Shown one piece after another: positions 1 through 11,689 of a stretch of 64,000 nucleotides of DNA. Position 1 is the stretch's first letter. Every line of letters starts with the position of its first letter. The position numbers and the translations under genes were made by a program. Source of the DNA: Octopus sinensis (taxonomy: Eukaryota); NCBI RefSeq assembly GCF_006345805.1, contig NC_043023.1, positions 558,001 through 622,000 of the forward strand, read 5' to 3'. The notes beneath the pieces are model-generated. The model saw only the letters and a list, made by a program, of their open reading frames with translations, searched no databases and was not told where the DNA came from.

Positions 1-55
1 TCAGCAAGAAATCGCAGAACCATTTTTCTCAGTCTACGAGGGACTGCCACTAGCA

Positions 56-125
56 GCACCATCCTCCTCCTTCTCCTCCTCCTCCTCCTCATCATCATCA
101 TCACCATCACCATCACCATCACCAC

Positions 126-170
<45 letters not shown>

Positions 171-306
171 TATCATCATCATTATCTTCATTATCATCAT
201 CATCATTATCATCATCATCATTATCATCATCATCATCATCATCATCATAATTATCATCATCATAATTATCATCATCATCATCATCATAATTATCATCATC
301 ATCATT

Positions 307-340
<34 letters not shown>

Positions 341-345
341 TCACC
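56..345. repeat. (TCC)n/(ATC)n microsatellite
   Basis: Direct trinucleotide runs; explains the poly-Asp/Glu ORF 34..378. Confidence 0.95.
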
Positions 346-936
346 CTCGTGTGTGTGTGTGTGTGTGTTAGTCTGCAAGAGAATTCTATAGTGATGAATG
401 GTGATCTTGAGTAGGGTTAATCTTTTCTACTGTGTGAAGAAGTCCTGTCCTGCTGCGTGCTTCAAGTGCTACAAGTCCTCAACCACCACACACAAAGTCA
501 TCTAAAGTAGGTTCCTGGTTTCTGTTGTCGCCTCTGCTCAAGATTCGCCTAAATCCGGTTCTGGTGTTTTTCTCTCCTCACTTCAAACTATTTCAAGCAA
601 GTGAACCACGTTGTTCTCTGTTCGTTTTCTCTTTTCAGCAAAGTTGTGGCTAATAAGGTATCAAATGACGGACAAAGATCCCTGTTGAAAAACCCCTGCT
701 ATTTAAAAACAAGGGGGTTAACACTTACGGTATTCAAATTATTGGCTCCAATTTTTTGTAGTTATTGTAATTATTGAGTATATAAACCATTTGGCTTGTT
801 TCTCTGAGATTGTTCAAAGTGATGCAGACACCTCTGATGAGAATCCAGTAAGATTACAAAATCGATGAAGGTTGGTCATCACTAAAAAGAATACTGATAG
901 AAGCTTAATTAGCCCTATTTATAAAGGTACTATATA

Positions 937-1349
937 CTCTTTACTCTTTACTCTTTTATTTGTTTCAGTCATTGACTGCGGCCATGTTGGAGCACCGCCT
1001 TTAATCGAGCAACTCGACCCCGGGACTTATTCTTTTGTAAGCCAGTACTTATTCCATCGGTCTCTTTTGCCGAACCGCTAAGTAACGGGACATAACACAA
1101 AAACCAGCATCGGTTGTCAAGCAATGCTAGGGGGACAAACACAGACACACAAACACACACACACGCATATATATATATACATATATACGACGGGCTTCTT
1201 TCAATTTCCGTCTACTGAATCCACTCACAAGGCTTTGGTCGGCCTGAGGCTACAGTAGAAGACACTTGTCCAAGATGCCACGCAGTGGGACTGAACCCGG
1301 AACCATGTGGTTCGTAAGCAACTTACTTACCACACAGCCACTCCAGCGC
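937..1349 (-). mobile_element. SINE-A (tRNA head, CORE-like centre, GAGTAAAA-type tail), near full length, flanked by ~50 bp direct repeats
   Basis: Minus strand: A box TGGCTGTGTGGT, B box GGTTCAGTCCC, tail repeats; flanks 884-936 and 1350-1400 nearly identical. Confidence 0.9.
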
Positions 1350-2077
1350 AAAAAATACTGATAGAAGCTTAATTAGCTCTGTTTATAAAGGTACTATATA
1401 GGTTACATAAATTTTATCATTTGATACTGTGTGCATAAAAAACCTTATTGATTGACCTATGATGTTTAAAAATAATGTTAGCACTTGGTAATCCTAGTTT
1501 TCTGTAGCTATGCTAAATGTTGATTATATAAACAGATTGGCCCCTTGTCTCTCTGGGATTGATCAAATTGATGAAGACTCCTCTGATGAGAAACCAATAA
1601 AGTCCGAAAATCGATTTTTTTCAATCCACTGAGAAACAGCTGTAAAAGCCTGGTTAATTGCATATGATAATAGACATATACCGTGAATGCTCAGTTCGAA
1701 TTTGTGCCTAAACTCTAGTTTTAGGTGAAGGGTAATATGATACTTACCTAAATAAAGATTGGCTCTAGCCAACGTGTATCTGTCGAGTGGTTGTATATAT
1801 AACGGAACAATAGAATAAACAGGCAGTCAAATGGTACCAAGTGAGTTTATGAAATATTCATATTAATATTACATATTGAAGCGGAATATAAACCACAAGT
1901 CAGAAGGTATGAGAGGTGAATATATTCATTTAGTCATGCTTAGGGTTACGGCCGTTTCGCAGCCTTCGTCATGTGATTATACTTTTAGTATAGAATACAT
2001 TATATTTACATGTCTGCGCTAATATACATGCTACGCATTATACAATACAATTGTATATTTACAAATAAGGGCATATA

Positions 2078-2640
2078 CAGGGTGGGTGAAAAGTAAGTAG
2101 GCATTAAATATTGGTTATAAAATCCAAATTCCTTTTCCAAATTTATTGAAACCAATGCTACATGTTCTTTATAATACGGAAAAATGGAAGTAAATCTTCA
2201 TATTTCAACATAAGCACCTCAAATGGCCCCAGGGATGGAATGAACGACCTTCTGAAGGACATCGTCTGGGATATCATTGAAAACCTCCTGAATCCGTGTC
2301 TCCAAGTCCTCAAGTGTGCGAGGTTCTGTCCTGTACACCTCCTCTTTTGTGTAACCCCACAGGTAAAAATCACATGGAGTGAGATCTGGACTTCTGAGGT
2401 CACAGTCTTCACAGTCTGACCCGTAATGGAATTTCCATGGACAAAGATTCAATTTTTCATGCAACACCATATGTATTGTATGTCTTGTTAGTCCTCTTCC
2501 ACGAGCTGCTTGACATGTTGAATTTTGCAGGATGTCATTAAACATTTCCTGCACTGTTGCCACGCTCTCCGCTGATCAGGATGTGGTTGAACGGCCACTT
2601 CTTGCATCGGTCATCAGCATTGCATGGCATCTGGCCGTAG
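2078..2640 (-). mobile_element. Internally deleted Tc1/mariner transposon remnant
   Basis: TA-CAGGGTG terminus at 2076-2084; minus translation has SGRSTTS, HTIHMVLHEKLNLCPWKFH and the C-terminal RSPDLTPCDFYLWGYTKEEVY motif; catalytic core deleted, stop codons present. Confidence 0.88.
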
Positions 2641-3611
2641 TGTCGTATGCTTACCTTTCCATGCACGCCACCATCTCTCAACCAAAAACAAAGGAATTCC
2701 ACACTTCTTATCGCGGAACGGTCCAGCGACCGGTCATCTGGAAAATAAGAAATAAGGAATAAGACAATAAGAAAATAAGAAAACCCCATTAATATTGTCT
2801 GTTCAAAAAATGTTTCCGTCATGTAAACATTCAACTACGACAGGAGTTGAATATTCTCAAGGCCGCAATTTCCTCAAACACAGCATCTTTCAGGGCTTGT
2901 CGCTAATTCAGTTCTTAACCAAATTGAAAGCTGTTAACAATTTTTAAGACGACTGTTCCTTAGCTACATTTTGGCACAAAAAATTGAAATCTGATCTAGT
3001 AGAAAATAAGTTTACATCAAAATTTGTAGCAACGTTATAGAAGAGTAAGTAACGCCTCCAATCAAGTTTAGATCTAAATAACTTCTTTTATTGTAAAAAC
3101 AAAATATATTTATCTTAGCTTCAATGATAGAAGAAAGCATGAAGAATTTCATAGTTTTGTTCCCATGCAACAAAACTTTGTATAAAAAAAGTTGTGTACA
3201 TACACGGAAAAATGTGAGACAAAAATTGGATTTAAGTATAATTAAGTTTTTTAGTTTAAAAACAAATAATATTTTAATAAAGCTTAAATGATAGATCTCA
3301 ATTCGATGAATTTCATGGTATCAACCTCATGCAATGAAGATTTAAAAGAAAAAAGATATGAATGTTTGTTTCTCAATTTTGAATGTGATAACAAAGTTCT
3401 CTATTTTTTTAATGAATATAGTTCTATAAGGGACTTTTAATATATGTCCCCGGCATCATTGAGGTAAGGAAAAAATTATCAACGACACCGCTAATTGACA
3501 CATTAATTAGCATAATAGCATAACATGGAAAAAACATGGAAAAATACAAGCAAGAGAAATGATACTCATAATATTTTTAAGATTATAAACCTGGAAAAGT
3601 ACAGGACAAGC

Positions 3612-3786
3612 TATTTATTTCTTTATTGCCCACAGGGGCTTAACATAGAAGAGGCAAACAAGGACAGACAAAGGGATTATGTCGATTACATCGACCTCAG
3701 TAAGTAACTGGTACTTATTTAATCGACCCCGAAAGGGTGAAAGGCAAAGTCACCCTCGGCGGAATTTGAACTCAGAAAGTGCAGAC
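3612..3786 (-). mobile_element. SINE-B, 5'-truncated
   Basis: Matches body and tail of the complete SINE-B copies at 19029 and 21091. Confidence 0.85.
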
Positions 3787-3819
3787 GTATGCATATACAA
3801 TCTTGAAATCACAAGTGTG

Positions 3820-4123
3820 CATGCGTGTGTGTGTATGTGTGTGTGTATTCGAGGCGTAACCTTGTTGAATGCATACCGTACAATGCATGCCTATGTGTGT
3901 GAGTGTGTGTACGAGTGTGTGTATGTGTGTGTCTGTGCATATGCCAAATTATATTTTGGTACAAATGTTTCATATCTATGAGAGACAGATGAAAAGAAGT
4001 TACATACAATAAGCATGCATCTTACAGGGGAGATGTTGCTTTGATTTTTTAAAATAGAAGACTCTCGCTTAAATACGAGACGACGCCTCAACTAGATTAA
4101 TTGTGCGTATGTATATATATATA

Positions 4124-4168
<45 letters not shown>

Positions 4169-4411
4169 ATATATGTATATATGTGTGTGAGCGTATATAA
4201 TATATATATTTATGTATGTATATATATGTATATATATACATATATATATATATTGTATTATATAATATGTAGGTATTTATTAACACACATATTTATATTA
4301 ACATGTTTGATATATGTACTGTATACATACATACATATATATATATATTATATATATATATATATATACATATACATGTATATGTGTATGTATATATATA
4401 TATATATACGT

Positions 4412-4454
<43 letters not shown>

Positions 4455-4554
4455 GTATACATGTATTATATATGTGTATATAATATAACATATACATATG
4501 TACGTATATATATGTATACATATATATATGTGTACACACATACACATATGTATG

Positions 4555-4626
<72 letters not shown>

Positions 4627-5338
4627 TGTACGTGCATTATACATCATACATCATCCATACATACTTATACATCCGTGCATATATGAGTGGTTATAGATTA
4701 TTTCCGGTTCATGTATGATGGAGAAAGGGTGAGGCAGAAGAAAAGAATCAAAGGTGTGTTGAATGTTACCCAGACTGTTAATCAGTTTGTATAGACGCAT
4801 TATACACACGTACATGCACACATACAAACGAACATAAACACCCTCACACAAACATACAAACACACACACACATATATATACTCGTTCATCCATCAACATA
4901 TACGTAGATATATTATTATATACTTACACACACACACGCACATACACGCACTTATACATACATGCGTACACATATTAGACAGACAGACAGACAGAGGGAC
5001 TGACACGCAGACAGACACAAAGACAGACAGGCAGACACGTTGTTAGTGATGACATGAACACGAAAAAAGGGAAGTTAAGATCGTTAGCCATGGAGATAAT
5101 TTTCAAATGGAATGTTGTATATACGTGTTTGCGTATGCATGTATGCGCATGCGTGCGCTTATGTATGCTGCAGTGTATATAGGTGTGTATAATGTACATA
5201 CATACACACATTCATATACATACATATATATACATATATATCTATATATACATATATACACACACACGCACACACATATATATATATACATATATACATA
5301 CATACATACATACATATATATATATTTATATACATATG

Positions 5339-5381
<43 letters not shown>

Positions 5382-5660
5382 GTATATATACATATATATA
5401 TATATACTTATATACATATATATATATATACGTATATATACATATATACACACACACATACATACATACATACATACATACACACACACATAGGAGTATT
5501 ATGATTGTGTATATGTAACATATATGTATATGCACATATTTCTACATCTATATGTATGCATATATAGATATTGTATATGAATATATATGCTTGTGTGTGT
5601 GCATGTATGTATGTATGTATGTATGTATGTATGTATGTATGTATGTATGTATACACCCAC
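3820..5660. repeat. Compound (AT)n/(AC)n/(ATAC)n microsatellite field
   Basis: Direct reading. Confidence 0.95.
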
Positions 5661-6064
5661 ACTCACATCCTGTTCATGCTGCGTTCATATACTTAGTCTA
5701 TTAATTTCACGCAACACTTCTGAAAATAGCGTTTAACATATTACATATTGTAAGCCAAGCTACACATAGACACACGTACGCATATACAGTGTTAAAATCA
5801 CACACATACACGAATAGACATTTTCATATATACACACACTTACAAGAACAATAACACGAACGGCAGGGGGGAAAACTAATATACGCCGTGGCCATCCCCA
5901 CAGATGGGGTATGTAGTATTACATTGCATGTATTGTTCTTGTGTAAAATTGATGGATGTTATTTGTGGGAGATTTGGCTGCTGTTTCTAGTCAGCCTTAG
6001 TACCATGTAGGGGCTCATTCCTTGGCTTATACATACATATATACATATATAAGACAGTAGAGCT

Positions 6065-6387
6065 TGATTTGAGGGAGATTACGGGGACGTAAACATATCA
6101 ATACCGGTTTTCAAGCACAACGACACATACACATACCTTTACATGTGTGTGTGTGTGTATGTATGTATGCATGTACGTATATGTTTGTGTGTCTGTGTTT
6201 GTCCCCCACCATCACTTGACAACCGATGTTGGTGTGTTTACATCCCTGTAAACTAGCGGTTCGGCAAAAGAGTCCGATTGAATAAGTACTAGGCTTACAA
6301 AGTTACGGGGACGTAAACACACCGACATCGGTTATCAAGGGATGGTAGGGGCCAAACACAGACATATACATACATATATATTCACTC

Positions 6388-6433
<46 letters not shown>

Positions 6434-6530
6434 TCACTCACACACATGTATATGGCTGTATATGTTTCTTTGTGCTTGATAGCCGGCGTTGATGGGTTTA
6501 TGTCCCCGTAAACTCCCTCAAATCACACCC
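6065..6530. mobile_element. SINE-A fragments in both orientations, bounded by two inverted SINE-A/module-X chimeric pieces
   Basis: 6065-6130 and 6460-6530 are reverse complements that share the junction GAGGGAG(A/T)TTACGGGGAC. Confidence 0.7.
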
Positions 6531-6676
6531 TTCTTATATATATATATAAGTTCAGCAACAATTTAGATTCAAATGAATATGGTACTTAATTTAGATGCAC
6601 CAGAATTCTGTATGGTGTTATCCATAAAAATCCGTGGGGTGATTATAATTAAAATAACCAACAAGAATGACGCCGG

Positions 6677-6769
6677 TAATTTGGTACGATCGTTTCGTAC
6701 TACATCATTTTATTAAATGTTGTAAGTATTACAACAGTTTTAAAATGATGAGTACTCATCAGCCAATTA
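6677..6769 (-). ncRNA. Type I hammerhead ribozyme (minimal stem III)
   Basis: TAATTGG-CTGATGA-GTACT CATCATTTTA...TAAAATGATG T AGTAC-GAAA-C GATC G-TA/CCAAATTA; all core nucleotides present. Confidence 0.85.
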
Positions 6770-6973
6770 TAGAGGTTTTCTATTAATACACTTGTTCTTC
6801 ATTCTTAGAACCTTTAAGTAGTTTGGGACAACTGAATCTTAGTCAGTCAGTTTGATGAGCTCCACTACCTCAAATGTTCTTAAAATTTAAATCCAGATCT
6901 TTGTCTATGTATCTACCTTCTCTATAATATTGCCACTTGATATGAAAATTTTTGTATTAATGGAAAACCCCTA

Positions 6974-7066
6974 TAATTGGCTGATGAGTACTCAGCATTT
7001 TAAAACTGTTGTAATACTTACAACATTTAATAAAATGATGTAGTACGAAACGATCGTACCAAATTA
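6974..7066 (+). ncRNA. Type I hammerhead ribozyme (minimal stem III)
   Basis: CTGATGA 6981-6987; stem II GTACT/AGTAC; GAAA 7047-7050; C-GATC-G; GTA with predicted cleavage after 7058; stem I TAATTGG/CCAA(A)TTA. Confidence 0.85.
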
Positions 7067-7090
7067 CCGGAGTCATTCTTGTTGCTTATT

Positions 7091-7130
<40 letters not shown>

Positions 7131-7434
7131 CTTTTTATGTGTGTCTGTATATGCATGTGTGTATGTATGCCGTTTCTCCCACCTACATAGGTAAAACCTT
7201 GAACAAATCTGCAGTCGAATGTCTACCTTGGATGAATATGAACTGTAAATGATTAAATTAAAATTACCTAAATGTACACGGATGCAACACCCAGCGGAAA
7301 CACGTATCGGATTGGAATTTGATGAGAATCATACTTTAATACACAAAATTTTATGATGCATAAATTCCCCTTTCTTCATCATGATGTGTTGTAAGTACAC
7401 ACACACACACAACACACACACACACACAGACACA

Positions 7435-7514
<80 letters not shown>

Positions 7515-7518
<4 letters not shown>

Positions 7519-7990
7519 GTGTCCCCCAAAATCGGACATCATTTGAGATGTCCATACCGGAGTGACGACATGGTCAAAAGAAATTAAACTTAATAGTCTT
7601 AATTTTGAACGTAAGTTGTGTTCTACAGATTTCCAGCGAAAATTTCTCTGAGACGATAATTTTATAATGTTCCAAAGTTATCCCTTTTGATGAGCCCCTT
7701 TCGTGTTCAGTTGTGTCATGTGGATTTTCTTCGCCCCAAATGCGAACATTTTGCTTCTTTGCCATTCGTATGGAATGTGGCCTCGTCGCTGAAAAGAAGT
7801 CGGTTTTCAAAGTCGTCATTTTCAAGTTCTCTTGCATATCTTCAAAGAACGTTTTATGCTTTTGCTCCTCAGCCGGGTTTAAAGTCCGCAGAAGCTGAAG
7901 CTTGTAGGGGATCAGCCACAAGTGTTTTCTTATGATACACCAAACAGTTGACTTGGGGATCTGGGTTTCCATGGGTTGCTCTTCCCGGCA
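7515..7990 (-). mobile_element. Tc1/mariner transposon, 3' part
   Basis: ETQIPKSTVWCIIRKHLWLIPYKLQLL; frameshifted LENDDFENRLLFSDEATFHTNGK; QNVRIWGEENPH; terminus GGTGTCCCCCAAAA near 7517. Confidence 0.88.
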
Positions 7991-8042
7991 TAAACACATC
8001 AACGCCGGGTATCAAGCACAAAGACACATACAGACATATACA

Positions 8043-8105
<63 letters not shown>

Positions 8106-8225
8106 TCACAATCAAGGAACGGCCATAATAGGCCATTCACCCACTATAAATAACAGCCAAAGCTTCAACCGCAAAATAACATCAATTCCGCAAACCAGGA
8201 GAAAATTAAAAAACATTTACCTGTA

Positions 8226-8332
8226 ATTTCTTATACGATGCACCGTTTCATCTACTGTTTAATGGTAAACTAACCTGATTAAATTAAATCAAGCCAATCT
8301 TCCATAGGCCCTTAGATTCGTCAGTAAGAAAT
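8226..8332 (-). ncRNA. Type I hammerhead ribozyme, array unit 1
   Basis: ATTTCTTA-CTGACGA-ATCTA...TAGAT-GAAA-CGG TGCA TCG-TA/TAAGAAAT on minus. Confidence 0.88.
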
Positions 8333-8719
8333 AGCCAGATTGGAACAGATATTTTCACGAGGCATTTCTGTCCCTGCCTCGGCAATATCTGACCTAAAAT
8401 TTTCAAATCATCGCACTCGCGCCAAATTTATCGGCAGCAAATAAATATAAGCCGCCGATTCCATTACGGAATCAACCAGAAAATTCATAATTAATTAATA
8501 TAGGGTGGCAAAAAAAAAAAAATTTTGTAGAATTTTTTTGCCACCAGCGGCCTAGTGGGAAAAAATTAAATAGTCATAGACCATTTATAAGTTCAACATC
8601 ACAATCAAAGAACGGCCATAATAGGCCATTCACCCACTAGAAATAACAGCCAAAGCTTCAACCGCAAAATAACATTAATTCCGCAAACCAGGAGAAAATT
8701 AAAAAACATTTACCCTGTA

Positions 8720-8824
8720 ATTTCTTATACGATGCACCGTTTCATCTACTTTTAATGGTAACTAACCTGATTAAATTAAATCAAGCCAATCTTCCATAGG
8801 CCCTTAGATTCGTCAGTAAGAAAT
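8720..8824 (-). ncRNA. Type I hammerhead ribozyme, array unit 2
   Basis: Same core and stems; small deletions only in the stem II insert. Confidence 0.87.
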
Positions 8825-9207
8825 AGCCAGATTGGAACAGATATTTTCACGAGGCATTTCTGTCCCTGCCTCGGCAATATCTGACCTAAAATTTTCAAAT
8901 CATCGCACTCGCGCCAAATTTATCGGCAGCAAATAAATATAAGCCGCCGATTCCATTACGGAATCAACCAGAAAATTCATAATTAATCAATATAGGGTGC
9001 CAAAAAAAAATTTGGTAGAATTTTTTTGCCACCAGCGGCCTAGTGGGAAAAAATTAAATAGTCATAGACCATTTATAAGTTCAACATCACAATCAAGGAA
9101 CGGCCATAATAGGCCATTCACCCACTAGAAATAACAACCAAAGCTTCAACTGCAAAATAACATTAATTCCGCAAACCAGGAGAAAATTAAAAAACATTTA
9201 CCCTGTA

Positions 9208-9314
9208 ATTTCTTATACGATGCACCGTTTCATCTACTGTTTAATGGTAAACTAACCTGATTAAATTAAATCAAGCCAATCTTCCATAGGCCCTTAGATT
9301 CGTCAGTAAGAAAT
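9208..9314 (-). ncRNA. Type I hammerhead ribozyme, array unit 3
   Basis: Same core and stems intact. Confidence 0.88.
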
Positions 9315-9930
9315 AGCCAGATTGGAACAGATATTTTCACGAGGCATTTCTGTCCCTGCCTCGGCAATCTGACCTAAAATTTTCAAATCATCGCACTCGC
9401 GCCAAATTTATCGGCAGCAAATAATATAAGCCGCCGATTCCATTACGGAATCAACCAGAAAATTCATAATTAATCAATATAGGGTGGCCAAAAAAAAATT
9501 TTGTAGAATTTTTTTGCCACCAGCGGCCTAGTGGGAAAAAATTAAATAGTCATAGACCATTATAAGTTCAACATCACAATCAAGGAACGGCCATAATAGC
9601 CATTCACCACTAGAAATAACAACAGCCAAAGCTTCAACCACCGCAAATAACATTATTCCGCAACCAGGAGAAAATTAAAAAACATTTACCCTGTAATTTC
9701 TTATACGATGCACCGTTTCATCTACTGTTTAATGGTAAACTAACCATCTTTTTGCCACCCTATATTGATTAATTATGAATTTTCTGGTTGATTCCGTAAT
9801 GGAATCGGCGGCTTATATTTATTTGCTGCCGATAAATTTGGCGCGAGTGCGATGATTTGAAAATTTTAGGTCAGATATTGCCGAGGCAGGGACAGAAATG
9901 CCCCGTGAAAATATCTGTTCCAATCTGGCT

Positions 9931-10034
9931 ATTTCTTACTGACGAATCTAAGGGCCTATGGAAGATTGGCTTGATTTAATTTAATCAGGTTGTTTACCAT
10001 TAAACGTAGATGAAACGGTGCATCGTATAAAATT
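9931..10034 (+). ncRNA. Type I hammerhead ribozyme, inverted arm unit 1
   Basis: CTGACGA 9939-9945, GAAA 10012-10015, GTA 10025-10027; one-base deletion in the 3' strand of stem I. Confidence 0.8.
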
Positions 10035-10416
10035 ACAGGGTAAATGTTTTTTTAATTTTCTCCTGGTTTGCGGAATTAATGTTTTTTGCGGTTGAAGCTT
10101 TGACTGTTATTTCTAGTGGGTGAATGGCCTATTATGGCCGTTCCTTGATTGTTATGTTGAACTTATAAATGGTCTATGACATTTAATTTTTTCCCACTAG
10201 GACGCTGTGGCAAAAAAATTCTACAAAATTTTTTTTTTTTGCCACCCTATATTAATTAATTATGAATTTTCTGGTTGATTCCGTAATGGAATCGGCGGCT
10301 TTATTTATTTGCTGCCGATAAATTTGGCGCGAGTGCGATGATTTGAAAATTTTAGGTCAGATATTGCCGAGGCAGGGACAGAAATGTCCCGTGAAAATAT
10401 CTGTTCCAATCTGGCT

Positions 10417-10523
10417 ATTTCTTACTGACGAATCTAAGGGCCTATGGAAGATTGGCTTGATTTAATTTAATCAGGTTAGTTTACCATTAAACAGTAGATG
10501 AAACGGTGCATCGTATAAGAAAT
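10417..10523 (+). ncRNA. Type I hammerhead ribozyme, inverted arm unit 2
   Basis: Stem I ATTTCTTA 10417-10424 / TAAGAAAT 10516-10523; CTGACGA 10425-10431; stem II ATCTA/TAGAT; GAAA 10500-10503; predicted cleavage after 10515. Confidence 0.9.
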
Positions 10524-10752
10524 TACAGGGTAAATGTTTTTTTAATTTTCTCCTGGTTTGCGGAATTAATGTTATTTTGCGGTTGAAGCTTTGACTGTTA
10601 TTTCTAGTGGGTGAATGGCCTATTATGGCCGTTCCTTGATTGTGATGTTGAACTTATAAATGGTCTATGACTATTTAATTTTTTCCCACTAGGCCGCTGG
10701 TGGCAAAAAAATTCTACAAAATTTTTTTTTTTTTGCCACCCTATATTGATTA

Positions 10753-10784
<32 letters not shown>

Positions 10785-10929
10785 GTATGTATATGTTTAT
10801 GTGTCTGTATTTGTCCCCTATCATCGCTTGACAACCAATGTTGGTGTGTTTACGTTCCCGTAAGTTTGTAAGCCTAGTACTTATTCAATCGGACTCTTTT
10901 ACCGAACCACTAGATAACACGGATGTAAA

Positions 10930-11300
10930 CACACCACCATCTCTTCTGAAACTGCTGGTCGTCCAGATCCTTTTTTCCAACACAAACAGCTTTCTTCTTA
11001 AAACTTCTCATGCTAAATTCAAATCTGCCTCCCTGTTGGCGCTTGTTTATGAAATCTTCTTACAAATACACGTTGCATATACACGTTTGACTGAGTTTGG
11101 GCGTACTTCAGTGCACAAAACGCCTTTTCTGTTGCAGTAAACGGCATGTCTAATATTCAAAAGAAAATCATACGAAAGGTCATGTTTTAAAAATGTATTG
11201 AATTCTAGACATACTACTAAAATTTGAGACAATTTGGACGAAAATTGTTCACGTTATTATGTGATGAAACGATGTCAAATGTTTTGGGACACCTTGTATA
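10930..11300 (-). mobile_element. Tc1/mariner transposon, 5' TIR and N-terminus (likely same copy as 7515-7990)
   Basis: Terminus TACAAGGTGTCCCAAAA on minus; MPFTATEKAFCALKYAQTQSN...GSGRPAVSEEMV with stops. Confidence 0.85.
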
Positions 11301-11689
11301 TAACATCATAGATACGAAAAAGTTTGGCACAAACATGCTCGTTTCTCTTTGGACAATGTGCTCGCGTTTCGTGCAAGTGTGCGCTCGTCAGTTAAGCAAA
11401 AAGGAATTTGTGGCCAAACAGATCTGTTTCTTTTAGTTGAAAGAATACAATATGCTACATTTATATTTGTAAATATATTTGTGAAACAGATTTCGCTTAT
11501 ATAAATATCTATATAGGTCCTGACTGGATAGAACATTTCTATATTTGCAATGCAGCACACAACCTAAAGGATAGCTATCTACATAAACGAAGAGAAAATT
11601 GAGGGATTTGATAAATATCCTCGGATTCATGAACTCAACGTATGTCTCCGTAAAGAGCATTTTAAGAAGAGTAACATATGACGGTGTTG

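Larger units (their letters stand above)
6649..7095. mobile_element. Penelope-like relic: ~140 bp inverted arms around a degraded GIY-YIG C-terminus-like spacer
   Basis: 6649-6790 is the near-perfect reverse complement of 6953-7095; each arm has a hammerhead; spacer on minus reads, with frameshifts, FHIKW..NIIEKVDT..KCINRKPL. Confidence 0.7.
8104..10754. repeat. ~488 bp tandem array (3.3 units) followed by an inverted arm (2 units); hammerhead-bearing, candidate retrozyme
   Basis: Unit starts at 8104, 8597, 9085, 9572; inversion junction at 9745-9749; inverted units 9749-10754. Confidence 0.92.

Noticed and set aside
400-1800. Possible degraded L1-type ORF1/endonuclease (CFKCYK; LALANVYLSSG)
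   Set aside because: Only isolated short motifs among many stops; not enough to call.
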